From positions 1,504,001 through 1,568,000 of the forward strand of contig CAXXTB010000002.1 of NCBI GenBank assembly GCA_963676795.2: DNA of 64,000 nucleotides, written 5' to 3'. The position numbers and the translations under genes were made by a program. Source of the DNA: Geopsychrobacteraceae bacterium (GTDB taxonomy: Bacteria; Desulfobacterota; Desulfuromonadia; Desulfuromonadales; Geopsychrobacteraceae). Each line of letters opens with the position of its first letter. The first letter of the stretch is position 1. Shown here one piece after another: positions 30,201-40,100 of this stretch. The notes beneath the pieces were generated by a model. The model did not search any database and was not told where the DNA came from. It worked only from the letters and a program-made list of their open reading frames with translations.

Positions 30201-33200
30201 GCCGCCGAAACGGCACAACCCCAGACGCAGCGTCCTGCTCCGCACGATCTGCACCAGGCCCTGCAGGTAACCCAGCAGAGCCTGGCGACATTACAGAACC
30301 TGCAGGCCCAGACGGCCAGACTGCATCAGCAGTTTCTCGAAGGGCAGCAGGCGGCAACCCGGACCTTTATGCGCCTGATCGAGCAGCAGAATGCGCTGCT
30401 CAATGGACAGCCGTTGGCTGTCGCACCTGTTGTTGCTCAGCAGACTACAGTTTTACCGCAAAGCGTTCAGGCTCCCGTTGCCGTTGCACCGGTTCAAGCG
30501 ACTCCAGTCGCCGCTCCAGCTGTCCCGCAACCACAGCAACCGCGTGTTGATCCTGTCCCGGTTCAGATTGCGTCGCCACAAGAAAGCAGCACCGGTCAGC
30601 AGATAGCTCCGACCCTGCTGGCGATCGTTGCGGAAAAGACCGGCTATCCGGCTGAGATGCTCGAACTTGAGATGAACCTCGATTCCGATCTGGGGATCGA
30701 TTCGATCAAGCGGGTCGAGATCCTTTCCGCCCTGCAGGAGGCCCTGCCGGGAAGTGCTTCGATCAGCCCTGATGATCTTGGCCGTCTGCAGACGCTCGGC
30801 GAGATCGTTGCCTACCTGGGTAACAATTCAGACGCGTCAGTGACTGCTGCGCCGGCTTCAGCTGCGGCGTCCAACCTGGCCGCGTCAGAAGTTGAACAGA
30901 CCCTGCTCAAGGTTGTCGCTGAAAAAACCGGATATCCGGTCGGGATGCTTGAGCTTGAGATGAACCTCGATTCCGACCTGGGCATCGATTCGATCAAGCG
31001 GGTCGAGATCCTTTCCGCCCTGCAGGAGGCCCTGCCGCAGCTCCCTGCCGTCAAGCCGGAGGACTTGGGTGTTTTGCAGACCCTTGGCCAGATTGTCGCA
31101 CATCTTCTGGCTCAGGCTGGTGGCGTCACGACAGCCGTTAGCGCAGTGGCACCGGTCGTCGCTGTATCGATCCCGGTAGCCTCAACCCTGCTTGCTGTCG
31201 TTGCTGACAAGACCGGCTACCCGATCGATATGCTCGAGCTCGATATGGCGCTCGACAGCGATCTGGGGATCGATTCGATCAAGCGGGTGGAGATTCTCTC
31301 TGCTCTGCAGGAGGCCTTGCCGGAACTGCCGGCGGTCAAACCTGAAGATCTCGCTGTGCTGCAGACCTTGAAACAGATCGTTGAACATCTGGAACAGGGG
31401 TCCGTTTCAACAGTCGAGAGCCCCGCCGTCGCGGTTAAGTCAGATAGGCTGGATCAGAACCTGGTGGCCAACACCCTGCTGACGGTTATCGCCGACAAGA
31501 CCGGCTATCCGGTCGAGATGCTGGAACTCGGCATGAGCCTCGACAGCGATCTGGGGATCGACTCGATCAAGCGGGTTGAGATCCTCTCCGCACTGCAGGA
31601 GCAGTTGCCCACAGCTCCAGCGATCAAGCCGGAACATCTGGGAACCCTGCAGACGGTCAAGCAGATTGTGGAATTTCTGACGACGCTCAGCGGTGGCGAC
31701 AGCTCCGTCCCACTGGTTATTGATGATGCGCCACCTGCGGCTGCCGGGATAGTGCGGCAGGTGCCTGAAACTGTTCCATTGGCTCAACAGCGCGCCGCTT
31801 TTGACTTTCAGGCGAGTCCGGGTAAAGAGGTCTGGATCAGCGACGACGGCTCGAAATTGGTTGATGCTGTGTGTCAGAGGTTTATCTCTAAACAGTTGAT
31901 TCCACGGCGTATCGATATCGCCAAAGTTGCCGACATGTCGCCCGGGGTTCAGGTCGCCGGCCTGGTCATTCTGGCGCCGTTAAAGGGGACCAGCGATACC
32001 TATCTGCGCGATTCGTTCCTCGCCTTCAAGCGGCTGGCTGAGGCCCTCAACAAGGCGGCCATCAGCGGCAGCGGCTTTTTTGTCACCGTCTCGCGGCTGA
32101 ACGGTCACTTCGGCCTCAATAGCGGCGCAGCGATCAAGGATCCGCTGTCAGGTGGCCTGGCAGGTCTGGTCAAAACCGCTGCCCTAGAATACCCGGCTCT
32201 CCATTGCAAGTCGATCGATCTGGCTTCCGAACTGGAGATCGAGGCAACGGCAGCTGCCCTGGTTGATGAAATCTTCACCGAGGCACCTCTGGAAGTCGCT
32301 ATCAATGGCAGGGGGCGGGTCGCTCTCGAATTGAAAACAGTCTCTTTGCCAGAGATGGAAACAGCGGTTCCTCTTGTTGAGGGGGATCTGGTTGTCGTCA
32401 GTGGCGGCGCGCGCGGTGTAACCGCCGAGGTCGCAGTCGCCTTGGCGCGGAGCACCAAGGCGACCCTGCTGCTGCTCGGGCGTAGTGAAGAGCCGCAGGA
32501 TGAAGCGGCCTGGCTGCAGGGCTTGAGCGATGAGCAACAGATCAAAAAGGCGATCCTCGCTCATGCGCAAGCAGTTTTGAAACCGGTCGAGGTCGAACGT
32601 GAATACCGGAGGATCTGTGCCAACCGGGAGATCAGGGCGACCCTTGAGCGGATCCTCAAGGCCGGCGGGCGCGCCATCTACCGCTGTGCCGATCTGCGCG
32701 ATGCTGCAGGGCTGAAGACGGTCGTTGGCAGTTGTGTCGCCCAGCATGGCCAGGTCAAGGGTTTGATTCATGGTGCCGGGGTGCTTGCCGATAAACTGAT
32801 CCGTGAAAAGACCGCCGACCAGTTTGAAAAGGTCTATGCGACCAAGATTAACGGCTTCCGTAACCTCTATGCATCTGTTGATCCGGCTCAGCTCAAGATT
32901 CTGGTGATGTTTTCATCCTCGACCGGGCGCTTCGGGCGCATTGGTCAGGTCGATTATGCGGTTGCCAATGAGGTGCTCAACAAGATCGCCCTGCAGCAGG
33001 CCCGGCTCAATCCTGGCTGCCGTGTGGTCTCGCCGAACTGGGGACCGTGGGATGGCGGTATGGTCAACGCTGGCCTGAAAAAGGTCTTCGCCAGTGAGGG
33101 GATCGAGGTGATCGATCTGCTGGCCGGATCGTCATACCTGATGCAGGAACTGTCGACACCGTCCGGAGGGGCGGTTGAGGTCGTCATTCTGGGTGGCAAA

Positions 33201-34109
33201 GATCAGGAAGACGCAGTTGTTGAGGAGACCAGTCAGAATGTCTATATCTCCAAGGCCTTTGACCTCGATCTGAGTGTTGCCCGCTTTCCGTTTCTGAAAT
33301 CCCATGTTATCGGCGGCAAAGCGGTGTTGCCGGTGGCGATGATGGTCGAATGGATGGCCCACGCCGCCCTGCACAACAACCCGGGTCTCAAGTTTCAGGG
33401 CTTTAACGACCTGCGCGTGTTGAACGGTGTGAAGCTGGACGCAGAGAGCAGCTATGGGCTGCAGCTTTTGACCGGTAAGGCGATCAAGAGTGACGGTGTT
33501 CATGTCGTTCCTGTTGAAATCTCAGGTGTCGATGCTCAGGGTCGCCCTGTCGCCCATGCCCGGGCACGCATCCTGCTCGGCAGCAGGCTGCCCGAGGCCC
33601 CGGCCCTGGCACAGCAGGCTGTGCTCAAACCATGGAACCATGACCCCGCGACGCTCTACACCGACAACCGGCTGTTCCACGGTCGCGACTTCTTCGGTCT
33701 CAAGCAGGTGACCGGTTGCGCGCCCGAAGGGATTCAGGCCCGTGCGCTACATGCACCCTCACCATCGGACTGGATGACTGAGCCGCTGCGTGGCAGCTGG
33801 TTTGCCGATCCGCTGGTTCTCGACAGCAGCTTCCAGCTGCTCATCCTCTGGAGTTTCGAGCAGTATCAGGCCGGCTCGCTGCCGGTGGCCGCCGGACGTT
33901 ATCGCCAATACCGCGCCTTTGGCACGGAGGACGAGGTCGAAATCCGGGTTTCTGTCGTCGAGCGGTCCGGGAGTCTGGCCAAGGCACGTATCGAGTTCGT
34001 CGATATGAAAGACGGCAGCCTGATCGCCAGAATCGATGACTATGAATGTGTCATCGACGGCTCGTTGAACCAGACCTTCCTGCGCAACTCACTGGCCGGA
34101 GGCCACTGA
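27285..34109 (+). CDS. pfaA: Iterative PUFA synthase subunit A: KS-MAT-ACPx4-KR-DH
   Basis: KS DAACGSS/EGHGTGT/IGHTK; AT GHSYG; four LGIDSIKRVEIL ACPs; KR SGGARGV..DYAVAN; C-terminal DH-like HVIGGKAVLP. Confidence 0.93.
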   Translation: MTKSMQQRNETVPNVPLAIVGIGCIFPQADNPGAFWTNIKTGVDCISEVPETHWKASDYYDSDPKCPDHVYAKMGGFLSPVKFNPMDYGILPNALEAIDTSQLLGLLAVEQALRDAGYTAEREFDRDQVSVILGVTGTLELVIPLGARLSHPKWREALEDAGVDEELVTDIMQRLSDSYVPWQENSFPGLLGNVVAGRISKHFNFGGTNCVVDAACGSSLSAINLAALELSSGKADMVVTGGIDTFNDVFMYTCFSKTPALSPSGHARPYADNADGTTLGEGLGVVVLKRLADAERDGDKIYAVIKGIGSSSDGRGGAIYEPNANGQTKALRRAYQQAGIEPDSVELIEGHGTGTRVGDAIEVSALKQVFGAADKPWCALGSVKSQIGHTKAAAGSAGIIKAALALYHKVLPQSIKAEQPQQILLDAGSPFYLNSKTRPWLSRTGQPRRAGVSALGFGGSNFHCLLEEYRAEKLAVDWNAAVQILPLCWSDAETLDAQLGSLEQVSDWHGLRCFAAAQRQVFLTDADKRLVAVVEKHSFSAADLAEKLRRLCAQAGEKDYLEAPEGLYFSQSKIDGELAFLFPGQGTQYPDMLADLVVQFPEFFTTLVHFDGQFAALTEQCSGRFADLIYPPPRFSGEERTRDNEALRQTENAQPAIGTVSYAATQVLQRFGVVPQAVAGHSYGELVALACAGVMSAEQLFELSRLRGEAMAAGEGDRGSMLAVSAPLETIESFLRGSGLKLVLANRNTPTQGVLSGASDEIEKAAQRLSGEGITTTRLNVAAAFHSELVASAIVPLSKRLGEMKLAAPQLKVYANTTGVQYPYGEENIKQLLAQQLARPVNFVAEIENLYRQGARVFVEVGPGARLSSMVKAILGKQSYHALALDSSAGKRSGIVDLARLLAQCAALGLPLTLSAWDADFALPAEPEKKGGLVVELTGANQFRKKEKRPPLVRKKAPVSQQNTDIDRRVQTAAETAQPQTQRPAPHDLHQALQVTQQSLATLQNLQAQTARLHQQFLEGQQAATRTFMRLIEQQNALLNGQPLAVAPVVAQQTTVLPQSVQAPVAVAPVQATPVAAPAVPQPQQPRVDPVPVQIASPQESSTGQQIAPTLLAIVAEKTGYPAEMLELEMNLDSDLGIDSIKRVEILSALQEALPGSASISPDDLGRLQTLGEIVAYLGNNSDASVTAAPASAAASNLAASEVEQTLLKVVAEKTGYPVGMLELEMNLDSDLGIDSIKRVEILSALQEALPQLPAVKPEDLGVLQTLGQIVAHLLAQAGGVTTAVSAVAPVVAVSIPVASTLLAVVADKTGYPIDMLELDMALDSDLGIDSIKRVEILSALQEALPELPAVKPEDLAVLQTLKQIVEHLEQGSVSTVESPAVAVKSDRLDQNLVANTLLTVIADKTGYPVEMLELGMSLDSDLGIDSIKRVEILSALQEQLPTAPAIKPEHLGTLQTVKQIVEFLTTLSGGDSSVPLVIDDAPPAAAGIVRQVPETVPLAQQRAAFDFQASPGKEVWISDDGSKLVDAVCQRFISKQLIPRRIDIAKVADMSPGVQVAGLVILAPLKGTSDTYLRDSFLAFKRLAEALNKAAISGSGFFVTVSRLNGHFGLNSGAAIKDPLSGGLAGLVKTAALEYPALHCKSIDLASELEIEATAAALVDEIFTEAPLEVAINGRGRVALELKTVSLPEMETAVPLVEGDLVVVSGGARGVTAEVAVALARSTKATLLLLGRSEEPQDEAAWLQGLSDEQQIKKAILAHAQAVLKPVEVEREYRRICANREIRATLERILKAGGRAIYRCADLRDAAGLKTVVGSCVAQHGQVKGLIHGAGVLADKLIREKTADQFEKVYATKINGFRNLYASVDPAQLKILVMFSSSTGRFGRIGQVDYAVANEVLNKIALQQARLNPGCRVVSPNWGPWDGGMVNAGLKKVFASEGIEVIDLLAGSSYLMQELSTPSGGAVEVVILGGKDQEDAVVEETSQNVYISKAFDLDLSVARFPFLKSHVIGGKAVLPVAMMVEWMAHAALHNNPGLKFQGFNDLRVLNGVKLDAESSYGLQLLTGKAIKSDGVHVVPVEISGVDAQGRPVAHARARILLGSRLPEAPALAQQAVLKPWNHDPATLYTDNRLFHGRDFFGLKQVTGCAPEGIQARALHAPSPSDWMTEPLRGSWFADPLVLDSSFQLLILWSFEQYQAGSLPVAAGRYRQYRAFGTEDEVEIRVSVVERSGSLAKARIEFVDMKDGSLIARIDDYECVIDGSLNQTFLRNSLAGGH
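30610..31680 (+). repeat. Four tandem ACP-coding repeats inside pfaA
   Basis: Four near-identical KTGYP..MLEL.M.LDSDLGIDSIKRVEILSALQE blocks. Confidence 0.9.
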
Positions 34110-34110
34110 T

Positions 34111-37100
34111 ATGGCAAAACATCAGGCGGTTGCCATTGTCGCCATCGGTGCTGAATTTCCCGGTGCCGACAGCCTGGCCCGGTTTTGGGAGAATGTCAGC
34201 TCCGGTCATTGTGCCGCCAGTGAACCGCCAGAGGGGCGCTGGCTGCTCGATGTCGATGAAGTCTATGCCCCGGAAGTGGGGAAAGCCGATCATGTCTATT
34301 CGCGCAAGGCCTGTTTCCTGGCCGATGAAGTGGACAAGCGTGCCATCCCGGGACTTGAACTCGATGCTGATTTTCTTGAAGCGCTCGATCCGATGTTCCG
34401 TCTGCTCTTGCGCGTCGGGCATCAGACCTTGAAGGATGCCAGGAGTAAGCCCTTTGAACGGAGCAGGGCGGGGATCATCATTGGTAACCTGGCGCTGCCG
34501 AGTGAAAAGTCTTCGGCCCTGGCCCGGGAGTTTCTTGGCAAAACCTTCAGCGAGAAACTGGCGGATGTACCGCCAGCCTGGCCGGAGGCTGCAACCCATC
34601 CGCTCAATCACTTTGTTGCCGGCCTGCCGGCCGGTCTGCTGGCCAAGACGCTCGGCTTTCACGGGAGCTGTTTTACCCTTGATGCTGCCTGCGCCTCTTC
34701 CCTCTATGCGGTGAAGCTGGCCTGTGACGAACTGCTCAGTGGCCGGGCGGACGCTATGCTCGCCGGCGGCCTGTCGCGCCCCGATTCCCTCTATACCCAG
34801 ATGGGCTTTTCCCAGCTCAGAGCGTTGTCACCTGATGGCGTCTGTTCTCCCTTCGATGCCAAGGGGAACGGCCTGGTCGTTGGTGAAGGCTGCGGGCTGG
34901 TACTGCTGAAGCGTCTCGAGGATGCACTACGCGACGGTGATCAGATCTATGCTGTCATTCGCGGAGCCGGGCTCTCCAACGATCGCAGCGGCAACCTGTT
35001 GGCACCGTCCAGTGAAGGGCAGCTGCGCGCGATGCAGTCCGCCTACCGCGAAGCCGGCTGGACTCCGGATAGCGTCGATCATATCGAATGTCACGCTACC
35101 GGAACACCGGTCGGTGATGCCGTTGAGTTTGCCAGCTTGCGTCAGCTCTGGCACGGTCACAAGGGGCACTGTGTGCTCGGCTCGGTCAAGGCCAATATCG
35201 GCCATCTGTTGACCGCGGCGGGTTCTGCCGCTCTGATCAAGACGTTGCTGGCGCTGAAGCACAAAACCCTGCCACAGATGGCCAATTTTTCCTCACCGGC
35301 AGCCGATGTCGAACTTGAAAACAGTCCGTTCCGCATCCTTTCTCAGTCTCAGCCCTGGGAACGGCGCAGGCCGGATACGCCACGGCGCGCCGCGGTCAGT
35401 GCCTTCGGCTTTGGCGGGATCAATGCTCACCTGCTGCTCGAAGAATGGATGCCGGAAAAAACGCAAAAGGGGACAGTGCGCCACCATCCGGCTTTTCAGC
35501 CAAAGCCAAAGCCGCTGGCGATTGTCGGCATGGCCGTCCAGCTTGGTGGCGTTGACAGCCTGGGCGAACTGGAAGAGCGGCTCATGCAGCGCCGCACTTC
35601 GACAACACAACCGCCTGATAACTGGTGGGGGGCGGAGAACAGCTCCTGGTTAAAGGCTCTGGGGTACTCTGCTGCTGACTTTGCAGGTTACCGGATATCT
35701 GAGGTCAGCGCCCAGCCCGGGGAGTTCCGTATTCCGCCCAACGAGGTCGGTGAGATCCTGCCGCGCCAGCTGCTGATGCTGAAGGTTGCCGCCAATGCCC
35801 TCAAGGATGCCGGAATCGATAAAGACGATCATCCGTTCACCGGTGTCTATATCGGCTGTGGGATCGATCTCAATGCGACCAATTTCAGCTTTCGCTGGGG
35901 TTTGAGCAGATATGCCAGAGACTGGGCCGGGCAGTTCGGATTTACTCAGAACGCTGCCGATTTTCAGTCCTGGCTTGAAGAATTGCGTGATCAGGCCGGT
36001 CCGCCACTGACGGCCAACCGGACGATGGGTGCCCTGGGCAGCACGGTCGCCAGCCGGATCGCCAAGGAATTTCATATCGGTGGACCCAGTTTCACCCTGT
36101 CGAGCGAGGAGAACTCAGGCCTCAAGGCGCTTGAGACCGCTTTTCATGCCTTGCAGTCGGAGTCGATCAACCGGGCCCTGGTCGGTTCTGTAGAACTGGC
36201 CGGTGAACTGCGCGCCGCCCTTTGCCGTCAACAGCTGATCAAGGACAAGAATGAGGTTCCGGTCGGTGAAGGGGCTGTCGCACTGGTTCTGAAGCGGCTC
36301 GATGACGCCCGGCGTGATGGTGACCGCATCTATGCTCTGCTCGACAACGTGGCATCGGCCAACGCCGGAGATCCGTTGCAGGTGACTCCGGTCGCTGATG
36401 CGTTGAACCTGTCTCTTGAGCGGACCCTGCGCGGCTTGCCGGCAGGGACTGCTGTCTCTCACGTCGAACTGGCGTCGGCCAATAGTGGCAGCGCCAGAGA
36501 GCTTGAACTTGTAGAGCTCAAAGAAAAGCTGGCTACGCCGTTTCATCTGGGCTGGATCTCCGCAGCGACAGGTTATGCCGGTGCGGTCAGCGGCCTTGCC
36601 GCCGTGGTCAAGTCGGCGCTGATGCTCAAGGCGAAAAGGTTGTTGCCGAGCGAATCTGAACATTTGCAGCATCTTGCAGATGAGCAGACCTTTACCAGCT
36701 CGGTCGCCCAGTACTGGCTGACCAACAAGGTGCAGGTGCGCCGGGCACTGGTTGGCTCTCTGGGGAGTGAGGGGAGCTGTTCGCATGCTCTGCTGAGTGA
36801 AGATCCTCAAGGATCGGTAGATTCGGCGTTTTTCAAGAGCCCGGAACAGCTGTTTGTCTTCAAAGCAGAAAATGTCGCGGGGCTGCAGGACGGGCTTGGT
36901 GCGCTGCGCCAGCTTTTGACAGCGTCTGTCGGGCAATCGTTGCAGACGCTCGCAAGCCGCTGGTATCGTCAGCGTTCTGCTGATCGTGATGAGCTGCCGG
37001 TCCGGCTCAGTCTGATTGCCAGCGATGCCGGAATGCTTGCGGAGCAGCTCGATTTTGTCGAAATGCGTTTAAGTCAGCAGCCATCAGCGCCAATCGGTTT

Positions 37101-40100
37101 TGGCCAGGACAGGCAACTGCGTCCGGCCCTCAAGGAGCGGGTTTTTTACGCCCCTGAGGCGCTGGCCGATAAAGGTAAGCTTGCCTTTATCTTTCCCGGT
37201 TCCGGCAATCACTATGCGGAGATGGGGAGTGAGCTTTCGGCACTGTGGCCTGGGGTTTATGCCCGCCAGGAGCTCGAGAACCGGCGGCTGGCCGATCAGT
37301 ACCTGCCCTGGCTGCTGCGCCGTGAACAGTTGGACGGCTCGCTGGAGGACAACCATAACGCGCTGGTGATCTCCCACGTGGCGCTCTGTACGGCGCTCTC
37401 GGACCTGGTGCGTTCCTTCGGTATCGAACCGCGCCTGGTCAGCGGTTACAGCCTGGGGGAATCCTCGGGCCTGTTCGCCACAAGAGCCTGGCGTGATCGC
37501 GATGCCATGTTGCAGAGACTTGAGAGCTCGCGGCTGTTTGTCGACGAACTGGGTGGGCCTTGCAAGGCGGCCAGACGGATCTGGAACCTGCCCAAGGAGA
37601 TAGCGATCGACTGGCATCTGGGCATTGTCAACCTGCCCGAGGCAAAGGTGCGCGAAGCCCTGCAGGGGAAGGAGCAGGTCTATCTGCTGATCGTCAACAG
37701 CTACCGTGAGGTGGTGATCGGCGGCAACCGGTCGCAGGTCGAAGCACTGGTCGGCGAGCTGGGCTGTCATTTCATTCCGCTGACCGGGGTAACGACCGTG
37801 CATTGCGAGGTGGTCAACGCCGTGGCCGATGCCTACCGTTCGTTGCACATGTTCCAGGTCTATCCGCCCCAGGGGATCGACTACTACAGTTGCGCTCTCG
37901 GCAAGAAGTATCCGTTGACCAGCAGCCATGCCGCCGACGTGATTCTTGCTCAGGCTCAGAACAGCATCGACTATCCCCGCGTCGTTGAAAAGCTCTATGC
38001 CGATGGGGCGCGGATCTTTATTGAAGTGGGGCCCGGTAATTCCTGTTCACGGATGATCGATAGCATTCTTGAGGGGCGTGAGCATCTGGCCGTGTCAACC
38101 TGCGTGCAGGGGCAGGACGCAGCTCTGCAGATTCTTGCTCTGCTGGGTCGCTGTTTCGCTCAAGGGGTCAAGCTGCAACTGGACTCTCTTTTCTGCGACG
38201 AAACGGAATCAGAACAGCTTGTCCAGAGTGATGAGCCGGTCGGTAAAATCACCCTGATAACCGGTGGAAAAGCATTTCTTTTGAATAGGCTTGCGGGTAA
38301 AAATAAGAGCGTAAAAACGGCTGTTAAGGAGACTGATATTCAACCATCGGTTGAAGCTTTTCGGGTTCCGTCTGCTGAGCAGCCTGTTCCCGCGCAAGTT
38401 TCTCCACTGGCTGCTGCCTCAGGTGACGTGAACAGCCCTGTTCAGCTGTTTGTTCATTACGAAAATCTGCTGAATCAGCAGGCTCATGCGCATGAAACCT
38501 ACCTCAATTTCTCGCGTCAGCTTGAAACGGCGGTTGAGAAGAATATCGCCCTGCAGATGCAGCTGCTCCGGCAGATGCAGCAGCAGGGCGTCGCTATTGC
38601 TGTCGACCAGCCTCTAGCTGCAACTTCTGTTCAGGTGCCTGTTCAGCAGAAGCCCCAGGTCGTTTTTGACCGTGCCATGTGTCTTGAGTTTGCCACAGGG
38701 TCGGTTGCCAGGATGCTCGGCCCCGAGTTCGCCGAGGTCGACAGCTATCCGACCCGCGTACGCCTGCCGGATGAGCCGCTGATGCTGGTCGACCGGATTG
38801 TCGCCCTCGAAGGGGAAGCCAGGTCGCTGAGTCACGGCCGGGTGGTCACAGAGCACGATGTCACTGCGGATCGCTGGTATCTTGACGGTGGGCGGATTCC
38901 GACCTGCGTTGCCGTCGAAGCGGGACAGGCTGATCTGTTCCTTTCCGGTTATCTGGGAATCGACTTTATCAGCAAAGGCAAAGCAGTTTACCGCCTGCTC
39001 GATGCCGTGGTGACGTTCCATCGCAGTCTGCCGGTGCCGGGGGACGTGATCCGTTATGATATCAAAATCGAACGCTTCTTCCGTCAGGATCAGACCTATC
39101 TGTTCAAGTTCAATTTTGAGGGGACTGTCAACGGTGAACCGCTGTTGTCGATGCGTGACGGTTGTGCCGGGTTCTTTACGGCGGAAGAACTGGCAGCCGG
39201 TAAGGGAATCGTCCACACCAGGCTCGATCTGCTGCCGCAGCCGGGCAAGTTGCCTGACGACTGGCGCGAGCCGGTGGTCCTGAAAGAGGAGAGCTATTCC
39301 GCCGCCCAGATCGATGCGCTCTACCGGGGCGAGCTGGCGACCTGTTTCGGTGCTCCTTTTGATCGTTTGCCACTGCAGCGTCCTTACACGCTGCCGGGGG
39401 GCAAACTCAAGCTCGTTGATCGGGTGACGAAGCTCGATCCGCGTGGCGGGCGCTACGGGCTGGGGCAGATCCGTGCCGAGATGGATATCGATCCAGGCGA
39501 CTGGTTCCTGACCTGTCATTTCGTCGATGACCGGGTCATGCCGGGGACCCTGATGTACGAATGCTGCATGCATACCCTGCGCATCTTCCTGCTGCGGCTC
39601 GGTTGGGTCGGGGAAGAGGGGACAACCTGGTGCGAACCGGTTCCCGGGGTGGCCAGCGGGTTGAAGTGCCGAGGCCAGGTTACCGAGGAGACGAAGACGG
39701 TTACTTACCAGGTCAGTATCAAGGAACTGGGCTACCGGCCGGAACCTTACGCCATTGTCGATGCCCTGATGTACGCTGATGGCAAGGCGATCGTCGAGAT
39801 CCCTTCGATGTCGGTGCAGCTGGCCGGACTCAATCGTGACATGATCGACGCCCTGTGGGGCCCACTCCCTACTGCGCAAACAGTGCCGGCCAAACAGGTC
39901 CTTTATGACCGCGACAGGATCACGGCTTTTGCCATCGGCGACCCGTCCTACGCCTTTGGCGAGAAGTACCGCATCTTCGACAAACAGCGGCGTATTGCCC
40001 GCCTGCCTGGTCCGCCATTTCAGTTTATCGACCGGATTGTCGCTGTAAGCGGCGAACCCTGGCTGCTTAAGGCCGGGGCGACTGTTGAGGCGGAGTACGA

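Noticed and set aside
30610..31680. Near-identical nucleotide repeats as a DGR or recombination cassette
   Set aside because: Fully explained by tandem ACP domains; no reverse transcriptase in the window.
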